64,000 nt of DNA, taken from the NCBI GenBank assembly GCA_003154195.1, contig PMCS01000030.1, forward strand, positions 59,446 to 123,445, written 5' to 3'. Origin of the DNA: Candidatus Omnitrophota bacterium (GTDB taxonomy: Bacteria; Omnitrophota; Gorgyraeia; Duberdicusellales; 4484-171). The position numbers were made by a program, and so were the translations under genes. Position 1 is the first letter of the stretch, and the number at the start of each line of letters is the position of its first letter. Below are positions 17,968 to 26,868 of this stretch, in pieces. Below the pieces are notes generated by a model. That model was not told the DNA's origin, ran no database searches, and worked only from the letters and a program-made list of their open reading frames with translations.

Positions 17968-18945
17968 ATGAAAAAAGCGCTGATTACCGGGATTACCGGC
18001 CAGGATGGTTCGTATTTAGCGGAGTTTCTCTTAGCAAAAGGTTACGAAGTCCATGGCATAGTGCGTCGTGTTGCTTTTGAGGACCCCGAGCATCGGCTTC
18101 ACCGAATAAAGCATATTGTCGGCCGGTTAAAGCTTCATTCTGCTTCTCTGGAAAGTTACGCCAGCATCTTTAACGTAATCGAGAAGGTTAAGCCGGATGA
18201 ATGCTACCATCTGGCTGCTCAGAGTTTTGTCAGCTATTCTTTTGAAGACGAATTTTCTACGATGGACACGAATATCGACGGTACGATTCATGTTCTTTCG
18301 GCAATCAGGAATAAAGCGCCGAAATGTAAGTTTTATTTTGCCGGCAGTTCCGAGATGTTTGGCAAGGTGGCAGAAAGCCCGCAAAATGAGAATACACCGT
18401 TTCATCCGCGCTCTCCTTATGGGATATCCAAGGTTACCGGTTTTTATATAACCCAGAATTACCGCGAGGCTTACGGTATCTTTGCCTGCAACGGCATCCT
18501 GTTTAATCACGAATCTCCCCGCCGGGGGTTTGAATTCGTCACGCGTAAAATCACCAGCGCCGCGGCGCGAATCAAGCTCGGCCTGGCTAAAGAGTTAAAG
18601 CTGGGCAATCTTAGCGCCAGGCGCGATTGGGGTTTTGCCGCCGATTACGTGGAAGCGATGTGGCTGATGCTGCAGCAGAAGATGCCCGATGATTACGTGA
18701 TTGCGACCGGTGAGATGCATACGGTTAAGGAATTCGCCGAGGCCGCCTTTAAGCACGCGGGTTTAAATTGGAAAGATCACGTGGTCGTTGATAAGACCTT
18801 TTACCGGTCGGCCGAGGTAGTAGAGCTAAAAGGGGATTATTCCAAAGCAAAAAAAGTTTTGGGGTGGAAACCCCGCGTAAAATTTAATGATTTAGTAAAG
18901 ATGATGGTAGAGGCCGACCTTGATTTTTTAAGCCACAAGAGATAA
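17968..18945 (+). CDS. gmd: GDP-mannose 4,6-dehydratase
   Basis: MKKALITGITGQDGSYLAEFLLAKGYEVHGIVRR is the hallmark Gmd N-terminus. Confidence 0.9.
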   Translation: MKKALITGITGQDGSYLAEFLLAKGYEVHGIVRRVAFEDPEHRLHRIKHIVGRLKLHSASLESYASIFNVIEKVKPDECYHLAAQSFVSYSFEDEFSTMDTNIDGTIHVLSAIRNKAPKCKFYFAGSSEMFGKVAESPQNENTPFHPRSPYGISKVTGFYITQNYREAYGIFACNGILFNHESPRRGFEFVTRKITSAAARIKLGLAKELKLGNLSARRDWGFAADYVEAMWLMLQQKMPDDYVIATGEMHTVKEFAEAAFKHAGLNWKDHVVVDKTFYRSAEVVELKGDYSKAKKVLGWKPRVKFNDLVKMMVEADLDFLSHKR

Positions 18946-18955
18946 GCGTGTCTTC

Positions 18956-19957
18956 ATGGAAGCTCTCAAATTCAGCATCCTGATGCCTGCCTACAACGGC
19001 GCCGATTTTATCGCTCAAACTTTAAACAGCATCCTGTCGCAGGGTTTTACCGATTACGAGATTGTCATCATCGATGACCATTCAAGTGACGGAACATCCG
19101 ATGTCGTCAATTCTTTTAAAGACGGCCGTATAAGATTTTATAAAAATTCAGCCAATCTGGGTTATCCCGCCAATCTGCGGGAATGCAGCCGGAGAGCGGA
19201 CGGGGATATAATTTATTTGATGGGCCAGGATGATATCTTAGGTAAAGACGCTCTCGCGGATACTTTTCGGGCATTTAATCTTTCTCCGGATATCGGCGCG
19301 GTGACCAGGCCTTATTATTGGTTTGACGCGGCGATTGATAAACCGGTAAGGGCGAAGAAACAGCTTAGTCCCGTTCGCGACGAGATTGTAAGCATCGACG
19401 ACGATGTGCAAAGAGTTATCGCGGTTTTTCATACCCTGGACCAGTTGTCCGGCCTTGCCTTGCGCAAGAAATATATTGATGCGGATTTTCATCAGGATAT
19501 TTTTCCCTGTCATGCTTATCCCTTCGCTTCGATTTTTAAAAAACATTCTGTTGTGTTTCTTAAGGATTATAATATCGCCGTCAGAATCAGGAGCAGCCAA
19601 TGCCGCAACCTGTCATCGATTTATGATAAATCTCCCCTGCAGAGCTGGGTCGATATGTTTAACAGCGTATTCTCTGAAGAGCGGTACAAAAATATAAAAA
19701 AATACTGCATCAAGAATTTTGCCGCCGTTAATTACGTGGGGTTGGTACAGATAAGAAATTATGCCCGGTATCGTTATCTGTGGCGGGAGATCATGCTTTT
19801 GATAAAATACCGTTGGCAGAATATATTCAGCCCGCAATTCTGGTTTTTCAGTTTAGGCACTATCATTATGCCTCCCGCTTTGTTGATACCGTTGGTTGAT
19901 TGGTTTAAAAACAGGGTTAACAGCAAACGTTTCGCTCATATTAAACTTAAGGTATAG
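18956..19957 (+). CDS. GT2-family glycosyltransferase
   Basis: FSILMPAYNGADFIAQTLNSILSQGFTDYEIVIIDDHSSDGT. Confidence 0.75.
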   Translation: MEALKFSILMPAYNGADFIAQTLNSILSQGFTDYEIVIIDDHSSDGTSDVVNSFKDGRIRFYKNSANLGYPANLRECSRRADGDIIYLMGQDDILGKDALADTFRAFNLSPDIGAVTRPYYWFDAAIDKPVRAKKQLSPVRDEIVSIDDDVQRVIAVFHTLDQLSGLALRKKYIDADFHQDIFPCHAYPFASIFKKHSVVFLKDYNIAVRIRSSQCRNLSSIYDKSPLQSWVDMFNSVFSEERYKNIKKYCIKNFAAVNYVGLVQIRNYARYRYLWREIMLLIKYRWQNIFSPQFWFFSLGTIIMPPALLIPLVDWFKNRVNSKRFAHIKLKV

Positions 19958-19964
19958 TAATTTC

Positions 19965-20125
19965 TTTTTAGGGTATCAGGGGATTAGGGTATCAGGATTT
20001 GGGAATTGGGAAATTGGGAGATTGGGGAAAATGCCGAAGAGGCGATAACCGATAACCAAATATCCCAATACCCTAATCTCCAAATCCTAATTTCCCGATA
20101 TCCCAATTTCCTTAATTTAAATGAG
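19965..20125. repeat. G-tract / C-tract pseudo-palindrome (~160 bp)
   Basis: The left arm is GGGtatcaGGGGattaGGGtatcaggatttGGGaattGGGaaattGGGagattGGGG. The right arm is its C-rich approximate complement, cccaataccctaatctccaaatcctaatttccc. Confidence 0.55.
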
Positions 20126-20139
20126 GCTTAGTCGAGCCT

Positions 20140-21036
20140 ATGAACATAAATAAACTGATTGATTTTCTTCGATGCCCGTATTGTCTTAGTGATGCCCTGT
20201 CGTTAGATAGTAACAAAATTATTTGCGTCGGCTGCGGCGCGAGCTTCGATGTGATCGAAGATGTCCCGATAATGATGAAAAAAGAAAATTTATGCCGCCA
20301 GGAAACAAGCCAGCGGGAGTGGTTTAATCGGCATTATTCCGAATTTTCTAAAGAAGAATATAAACTGGAAAATTGGCGGTTGAGCATGCTGGAACGTATT
20401 TTTGGCGTTTCTTTTAAAGCGAGCGTGAGCCGGTATTTAGATATCGGCTGCGGCGCTACCGGTTATACCGTTATCGAAGCGGCAAAAAGAAACGGCTGGT
20501 GTTCGTTCGGCGCGGATATATCGATTGAGGCGATGCGGCGCGCCCAACATCTGGCAAAGAAGCAGGGAGTCGGCGACCTGACGGGATTTGTTGTCTGCTC
20601 CGCCCAAAACCTGCCTTTTAAGCCGCAATCCCTGGATTATGTTTCGGCGATATCGGTGTTGGAGCATATCGAGGACGATCGGAAAGTCATACAGGGTCTT
20701 TATAATATAACCGCCGACAATGGCTACGCGTATATTTGCGTACCTAATACTTATCGACGCATTTGGCCTTTTTTGTGGCCGGTATATCTATATTTGGATC
20801 ACAAAATAGGGCATAAACGGCATTATTCTATTGAAGCGCTTAATGAAAAAATGGGGGCGAATAACTGCTTTGAGCTGGAAAAAGTTTTTTACAACGGCCA
20901 TCTTATCAAGCTATGGCAGTTAGTTTTAGACAAATTCAAACTAGTGGATAATGGCTGCTGGTGGAAAATGGAAAAAAAAGATATTAACCAATGCGCCCGG
21001 GGAGTCCAGTTGAATGCGATCTATCGAAGAAAATAA
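20140..21036 (+). CDS. Class-I SAM methyltransferase with an N-terminal zinc-ribbon (Trm112-like) motif
   Basis: CPYC...CVGCG zinc ribbon, then LDIGCGATGY (motif I) and DYVSAISVLEHI. Confidence 0.65.
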   Translation: MNINKLIDFLRCPYCLSDALSLDSNKIICVGCGASFDVIEDVPIMMKKENLCRQETSQREWFNRHYSEFSKEEYKLENWRLSMLERIFGVSFKASVSRYLDIGCGATGYTVIEAAKRNGWCSFGADISIEAMRRAQHLAKKQGVGDLTGFVVCSAQNLPFKPQSLDYVSAISVLEHIEDDRKVIQGLYNITADNGYAYICVPNTYRRIWPFLWPVYLYLDHKIGHKRHYSIEALNEKMGANNCFELEKVFYNGHLIKLWQLVLDKFKLVDNGCWWKMEKKDINQCARGVQLNAIYRRK

Positions 21037-22459
21037 TTCAAAAACCGAAACGGTTGTTTTTATCAGCCCGCCTATTTATTTTTCCGGCGGTTTGCCGGTG
21101 GCGTTAGATAGTTCCGTTCCGCCGTTAGGCATTATGTATCTTGCTTCTTATATTAAAAAATATTCCCTCCGGTTTACTCCGGTAGTAATCGATATGGCGG
21201 CGGAAAATATTTCTTTGCGGGACTTAGGCGTAAGGTTAAATAAATTAAAACCTTTTGTCGTGGGGATATCTTCTATGACCCCCCAACTGCAAGGATGCGT
21301 TGAGCTGGCCGGTTTTATTAAAAAAAACGTTTTCCATCGGCCAAAAATATTTTTAGGCGGGCCGCATGTCAGCGCTGACAGCGATTTTGTTAATCGATTT
21401 AGGGATATTTTTGATTACGCGATTACCGGTGAAGCGGAAAAAACATTTTTAGAATCGATCGAGAAGCTCGCGCGCGGCCAGGATGTCCCGGCGGTACAGG
21501 CGGGGGAGGTTATCGATGATTTAGATAAAATTCCCTTTCCCGATAAAAGCCTTATCGAGAGAAAAAAATACAGCGAATATGAGTCGATGATTTTTTCCCG
21601 AGGCTGCCCTTATAGTTGTTATTATTGCAGCCGGCCGGCGATTAGCAAAACTGTCCGCTACCGGTCGGCGGAAAATCTTATTCAGGAAATAAAATATGTC
21701 TATGATTTTTGCGCCGGAAAAATTGATTTTCAGGATGATACTTTTACGATTAATAAAAAAGCGGTTTTTGATTTTTGTGCCGCGGCCGCCCGCGAAAAAC
21801 TGCGGTTAACCTGGCGCTGCAACACCAGGATAGATTTAGTCGACGAGGAATTGCTGCGCGCGATGAAAGCCGGCGGCTGTGAGCTGATACATTTTGGCAT
21901 AGAATCCGCCAGTGAAAAATTGCGCCGGGGCGTTATACAAAAGGGTAATTTTACCAATGAGCAGATAATAAATGTTTTAGCGATGTGCCGGAAACTGAAA
22001 ATTAAAGCCGCCGGATATTTTATGATCGGCCATCCCGGAGAGACGAAAGAAGAAGTAAAAGAAACGAAAGATATGATTCTGCGCTCCGGTTTTGACCTGA
22101 TGGGTTTATCCATCCCTACACCTTTTCCCGGCTCAAACCTCTACGATATCGCCGAAGCGAAGGGAATAGTAAATAAGCAGGTTATCGACCGGTTCGCGCG
22201 AAAAGAGATGGGGGAGGGTTATACCGGTATTTATCCTGTCTATACCGGCGAGGGCATTACTAAAGATTATTTGTTTTCGTTGATGAAAGAGATTAACCGT
22301 AAATTTTACGTAAATTTGCGGATGTTTTTAAGGAAATTGGCGCAAGATTTATTTTCCTGGCATAAACTGGCGCAGGACGCGCGCGATTTATTTTCTCTTC
22401 TTGTCCGTGGAGTTTCGTCGCGCAAACCTTATGTCGCCGGCAGGAGAGGCTCTCAATAA
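21014..22459 (+). CDS. Cobalamin-binding radical SAM enzyme (class B)
   Basis: N-terminal B12-binding-like domain. Radical-SAM cluster motif SRGCPYSCYYCS (CX3CX2C). Confidence 0.75.
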   Translation: MRSIEENNSKTETVVFISPPIYFSGGLPVALDSSVPPLGIMYLASYIKKYSLRFTPVVIDMAAENISLRDLGVRLNKLKPFVVGISSMTPQLQGCVELAGFIKKNVFHRPKIFLGGPHVSADSDFVNRFRDIFDYAITGEAEKTFLESIEKLARGQDVPAVQAGEVIDDLDKIPFPDKSLIERKKYSEYESMIFSRGCPYSCYYCSRPAISKTVRYRSAENLIQEIKYVYDFCAGKIDFQDDTFTINKKAVFDFCAAAAREKLRLTWRCNTRIDLVDEELLRAMKAGGCELIHFGIESASEKLRRGVIQKGNFTNEQIINVLAMCRKLKIKAAGYFMIGHPGETKEEVKETKDMILRSGFDLMGLSIPTPFPGSNLYDIAEAKGIVNKQVIDRFARKEMGEGYTGIYPVYTGEGITKDYLFSLMKEINRKFYVNLRMFLRKLAQDLFSWHKLAQDARDLFSLLVRGVSSRKPYVAGRRGSQ

Positions 22460-22461
22460 CT

Positions 22462-23445
22462 ATGCCACCAAAAGTATCGATTATCACCGTAAGTTTTAAC
22501 GGCCGCGGCTTTCTCGATAGTTTTTTTAATTCGTTGGCCGGGCTTGATTATCGTAATACCGAATTGATTTTTGTCGATAATGCGTCATCAGATGGCAGCG
22601 TTGGCTATGTAAAACAAAATTGCCCTGCGGCGATTGTGGTCGAGAATAAGGACAATCTTGGTTTTTGCGTTGCCAATAACGAAGCGGTTGAACGCGCTTC
22701 CGGCGACTACTTATTTTTTCTCAATAATGATACTAAAATCGATCGGCAGGCGATCAATGTTTTGGTCGAAGCGATGGATGCGGATAAGAACATCGGCATC
22801 TGCGGCTGCCGGATGAATAGTTTCGACGGCAAAAAGTATTTTCATACCGGTATCGGCCTGGATATTTTCGGATACCCGGTGGCGTACGGCCCGGTATTTT
22901 ACGCCGAAGGTTCGGCGATGATGATGCGCAAAGAGTTTTTCCAAAGCCTGGGAGGTTTTGATTCGAAGTATTTTATGTTTCACGAAGATGTGGATATCGC
23001 CTGGCGGGCATGGCTTTATGGTTATAAAGTCGTTGCCTGTGATAAAGCGATAGTTTATCATATGCTCGGCGCCAGCGCCGGAGGCAATATTAAAGAAGGC
23101 AAGTATAGATCCACGCTATCCCGGCGGTACCTATCCGAGCGTAATAATATCCGGACTCTTTTAAAAAATTACAGCACGCGTTTTCTTGTTTTATTCCTGC
23201 CGTTCTACGTGATGATTAACGCGGCGGAAATGTTTTTATTTTTAATCATCGGCCAGGCCAAGGTTTGCGCCTGCTACCTAAGGGCTTATCTATGGAATAT
23301 CAGAAATATCGAAGATACCCTGAATGAACGCCGCCGTATTCAAGAGCAGAGAAAAGTTTCCGATGCATCGATTATAAGAAAAATGGCGATAACCGCGGGG
23401 AAATTTTTTGCTTTACGCCGGACCGGCGTCCCGTATTTTAAATGA
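22462..23445 (+). CDS. GT2-family glycosyltransferase
   Basis: VSIITVSFNGRGFLDSFFNSLAGLDYRNTELIFVDNASSDGS. Confidence 0.8.
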   Translation: MPPKVSIITVSFNGRGFLDSFFNSLAGLDYRNTELIFVDNASSDGSVGYVKQNCPAAIVVENKDNLGFCVANNEAVERASGDYLFFLNNDTKIDRQAINVLVEAMDADKNIGICGCRMNSFDGKKYFHTGIGLDIFGYPVAYGPVFYAEGSAMMMRKEFFQSLGGFDSKYFMFHEDVDIAWRAWLYGYKVVACDKAIVYHMLGASAGGNIKEGKYRSTLSRRYLSERNNIRTLLKNYSTRFLVLFLPFYVMINAAEMFLFLIIGQAKVCACYLRAYLWNIRNIEDTLNERRRIQEQRKVSDASIIRKMAITAGKFFALRRTGVPYFK

Positions 23446-23613
23446 TTCGCGCAGTACAAAAAATAACTCCAGCTAAAAAATCAGTATTTTAGGTATAAAT
23501 ATCAAACGTTTTTCTTTTGGTTTTATATTTCAATCCACAAAAAAAGAAGCTAATTATTTGGTATAGCATTTTGCGATACTATCAAAACGCGGCCTCGGCA
23601 GTTTAAATTATTA

Positions 23614-23642
23614 TTGACAAATAGTATATACTATGGTATATA
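23614..23642 (+). promoter_or_regulatory. vapBC promoter with an overlapping palindromic operator
   Basis: TTGACA, a 17-bp spacer, then TATATA. The spacer holds the perfect 12-bp palindrome TAGTATATACTA. A GGAGGG RBS precedes the ATG at 23660. Confidence 0.55.
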
Positions 23643-23659
23643 TTATTTGGAGGGAAAAT

Positions 23660-23887
23660 ATGACAACAGCTAAATTATTTGCCAACGGACGCAGTCAGGC
23701 GGTGCGCTTGCCCTATGAATGCCGTTTTAAAGGCAAGGAAGTGTACATCAACAGAATCGGGAATATGGTTATTCTTCTATCGAAAAACGACCCCTGGCAC
23801 GGTTTGATAAAGAGCCTGGGCGAGTTTAGCGCCGATTTTATGAAAAAACGCGTTCAACCGCGCCTGCAAAAACGAAAAATAACGTGA
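23660..23887 (+). CDS. vapB: VapB-type antitoxin (AbrB/SpoVT-like)
   Basis: MTTAKLFANGRSQAVRLPYECRFKGKEVYINRIGNMVILL is typical of SpoVT/AbrB antitoxins. It overlaps the downstream PIN gene by 4 bp. Confidence 0.7.
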   Translation: MTTAKLFANGRSQAVRLPYECRFKGKEVYINRIGNMVILLSKNDPWHGLIKSLGEFSADFMKKRVQPRLQKRKIT

Positions 23888-24282
23888 AGTATCTTTTAGA
23901 TACAAATATATGCGTTTATATTATCCGCAAACAACCGGCGGAAGCGCTTATGCGCATACAGCGCCTGCGTGTATCCGATATCGGTATATCCGTTATTACT
24001 TTAAGCGAACTTGAAGTCGGAGTCGAAAAAAGCGCCGCGCCTGAGCGTAACCGTATTGCCTTGCTTGAGTTTATTTCTCCTCTCAAGATATATTCTTTCG
24101 AGAGTACGGCCGCCCGCGAATACGGCCGTTTGCGAGCGTTGATGGAAAAAGAAGGTAAAACCATAGGTTCGTTTGATATGCTAATCGCGGCTCATGCGTT
24201 GGCGCTTAGCCTGACGCTCGTGACTAATAATCTGAAAGAGTTTAAAAAAGTTCCGGGTTTGGTTGTCGAAACTTGGATTTGA
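23884..24282 (+). CDS. vapC: VapC PIN-domain ribonuclease toxin
   Basis: MKYLLDTNICVYIIRKQP (PIN D-T-N motif) with the later conserved acidic residues. Confidence 0.85.
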   Translation: MKYLLDTNICVYIIRKQPAEALMRIQRLRVSDIGISVITLSELEVGVEKSAAPERNRIALLEFISPLKIYSFESTAAREYGRLRALMEKEGKTIGSFDMLIAAHALALSLTLVTNNLKEFKKVPGLVVETWI

Positions 24283-24419
24283 GTACATTGCTTCAACTAA
24301 TCCTGATTACCGTAACTAAAGAAAAGTTTAAATTTCTTCTTCGCGCCTACCGTTTTGTGACCCCTTATTTTTTCTGGAAAAAAAGATAGCCATATATTTA
24401 CTTAAACGGTATACTGGTT

Positions 24420-25043
24420 ATGCTTATGTCTGCATACGAAATTAACCGCAATCCTTATGGTACACATTGCCTGATTGCGCGGGAGATTGGCCGCGAAAGA
24501 ACGGTTCTGGACGCCGGGTGTAACAAGGGCTATTTAAAAACCCTTGCCGGGAACAATGTATTTTATGGGATTGACCACAATGATGAGGACCTGGCTGACG
24601 CCAAAAGTGCTGGTTACCGGGAAGTTTATAAATTGGATTTAAACCATTACGAGCAATTTAAAAGCGGCCAGAAGTTTGATGTGATTGTTTTTGCTGATAT
24701 CCTGGAACATTTAATCTATCCCGATAAGGCGTTAAGCTTTTTTACCAAAAATTATTTAAACGAAGGCGGAAAAGTAATAATTTCTTTGCCCAACGTAGCC
24801 CATTTTTCTACCCGCCTTAGTCTACTATTAGGAAATTTTGATTCCGCCGAAAGTGGGATACTGGACAAAACACACCTGCATTTGTATACTTTAAAAACCG
24901 CGCGGTTGTTTATCAAGCCATGCGGGTTGCGGATAATTAAAGAAAAATTTAGTTCCAATAATTTCGGTAAAATCATTGAGTTATTTCCTTTTTTGGGTTC
25001 CCTCCTTGGGTTTAACCTGATATTCGTATGCCAAAAACAATAA
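24420..25043 (+). CDS. Class-I SAM methyltransferase
   Basis: VLDAGCNKGYL (motif I) and DVIVFADILEHL. Confidence 0.65.
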   Translation: MLMSAYEINRNPYGTHCLIAREIGRERTVLDAGCNKGYLKTLAGNNVFYGIDHNDEDLADAKSAGYREVYKLDLNHYEQFKSGQKFDVIVFADILEHLIYPDKALSFFTKNYLNEGGKVIISLPNVAHFSTRLSLLLGNFDSAESGILDKTHLHLYTLKTARLFIKPCGLRIIKEKFSSNNFGKIIELFPFLGSLLGFNLIFVCQKQ

Positions 25044-26185
25044 TCGTAAACGCGGTCACCCTGGAAGGCGCCAACATTGTTCCTTTATTGACCAAGATGG
25101 AGTGGTATCGGAAAAACGGTTTTAGCGTTACCTTTTTCGGCAACCGCCGGCTTAAAGAACGCATCGACGAATTAAAGATCATCAGGGAATTTAATTTTAT
25201 CTTGTTGGAACGAACCGCGGAAATTAAAACCAAAGTAAATTTAATTTTCCAGGGGCTTAAAAGAAATTTTTCTGCTGTATCTTTTTTGAAAGATATTGCC
25301 GGAAAATATGATGTTGTTTATTCGGTTTCATCCGTCCTTGACCTGATTATTTTTCCCTATCTTTTAAAAAGAGCGGACCGGAAAATAATCTGGGTGACGG
25401 TATTTGACAATATTGTTCCTTTTTCTGACCCCGGCAATAGATTTATACGTTTTTTGTCGTGGCTGTTTTTTAAAATAAGCCTGATTTTGCTGAAGCGCGC
25501 CGATTGGGTTTTTGTTATTTCCCCAGAGTTGAAATATTTTTTAACCGGCCGGGGCTTTAAAGAAGAAAGTATTGTTGTCACCGGCAATGCCGTCGAGGGC
25601 GAATTGATCAGGCAGGCAAAAAAAGACGGCGCCCGCAATATTGATGCCTTATTTGTCGGCAGAATCAACGAAACAAAAGGAATCTTTGATATGTTGAAGG
25701 TTCTCGATATCGTAAAAACAAAATATCCAGATTTCCAATTGGCGGTTATGGGTGGCGGCGATGCGCGAACCGAGCAGCGGTTCAGGAATAAGATTAAAGC
25801 GTTGGCGCTGGAGAAGAATGTGCAATTTTTAGGCTATAAAAGCGGCATCGAGAAATTTAATATTATTAAAAGCAGTAAATGTTTCTGGTTTTTAAGCGTG
25901 AGTGCCAGCGAAAGCTTCGGCGTGGCGTTGCTTGAGGCGGTATGCTGCGGCCTGCCGGCGTTTGTTTATGACCTGTTGCCTTATCGGAATATTTATAAAA
26001 ATAACGAAGTATTTGTTTTTAAAAAAAATGATTATGAAGCGGTCGCCCAGGGAGTTATAAAATTATTCGCCGGCAGTGTATTTGAAAACAAGCGGGGGGC
26101 GTTGCTCGCGGATAAGTATAGTTGGGAACGGATTGCGGATATTGAATTTAATTCATTTAACACTAATTTGAACGGGCATTCATGA
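25028..26185 (+). CDS. GT4-family glycosyltransferase (glycosyl transferases group 1)
   Basis: The C-terminal SASESFGVALLEAVCCGLPAF is the E-x7-E GT4 motif. Confidence 0.8.
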   Translation: MPKTIIVNAVTLEGANIVPLLTKMEWYRKNGFSVTFFGNRRLKERIDELKIIREFNFILLERTAEIKTKVNLIFQGLKRNFSAVSFLKDIAGKYDVVYSVSSVLDLIIFPYLLKRADRKIIWVTVFDNIVPFSDPGNRFIRFLSWLFFKISLILLKRADWVFVISPELKYFLTGRGFKEESIVVTGNAVEGELIRQAKKDGARNIDALFVGRINETKGIFDMLKVLDIVKTKYPDFQLAVMGGGDARTEQRFRNKIKALALEKNVQFLGYKSGIEKFNIIKSSKCFWFLSVSASESFGVALLEAVCCGLPAFVYDLLPYRNIYKNNEVFVFKKNDYEAVAQGVIKLFAGSVFENKRGALLADKYSWERIADIEFNSFNTNLNGHS

Positions 26186-26868
26186 AGAAGAATATTTACG
26201 AAAATCTTTATAGCGCGCAGGACAGCCTTGATTTATCGCATTGCCAACGCCTGGCGATTATGCTGGATATGGTAAACTGCCGGGATTTCGCAAACAGGAA
26301 AATACTGGATATCGGTTGCCATGACGGGGCGTTTCTATCCCGGATAAAAAACAGGAATAACGAGTTTTACGGCATTGAAGCCGCTGATTTCGCGGTTGAT
26401 AAGGCCAGGGAGAAAGGGATAAAAGTAGAAAAATTCTTTTTTGACGATACAAGCGCGTTGCCTTTTGCCGACGGTTTTTTTGACCTGATTGTCGCGGGGG
26501 AAATAATCGAGCATATCTACGATACCGATTTTTTTCTTTCGGAAATAAAAAGGTTGTTAAAAATTGACGGATATTTGCTTATTTCTACCCCGAATATCGC
26601 TTCCCTGGGCCGGCGGCTGATGCTTCTTCTGGGGTTTAACCCGATTATTGAAGTATCGCCCAATGAAAAAGGTAGCTGCGGCCATATCCGCTATTTTACT
26701 TTTAAAACTCTGCGCGGTATTTTAGAAAAACATGGATTTATTCTTATCGCCGGCAGGTCCGATGTGGTTAATTTTTCCGGGGGAGGAAGGTTGAAGTCGT
26801 CGTTTCTGGCTGATATTTTTCCCGCTTTAGGGCAAAGCGTTATCTATTTTTGTCAAAGGAAAGCATAA
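26182..26868 (+). CDS. Class-I SAM methyltransferase
   Basis: ILDIGCHDGAF (motif I) and DLIVAGEIIEHIYD. Confidence 0.7.
   Translation: MKKNIYENLYSAQDSLDLSHCQRLAIMLDMVNCRDFANRKILDIGCHDGAFLSRIKNRNNEFYGIEAADFAVDKAREKGIKVEKFFFDDTSALPFADGFFDLIVAGEIIEHIYDTDFFLSEIKRLLKIDGYLLISTPNIASLGRRLMLLLGFNPIIEVSPNEKGSCGHIRYFTFKTLRGILEKHGFILIAGRSDVVNFSGGGRLKSSFLADIFPALGQSVIYFCQRKA

Noticed and set aside
17753-17971. Small ORFs on both strands across the family-B repeat upstream of gmd
   Set aside because: They are translations of the hairpin repeat, the same peptide-like strings as in copy 1. They are not independent genes.
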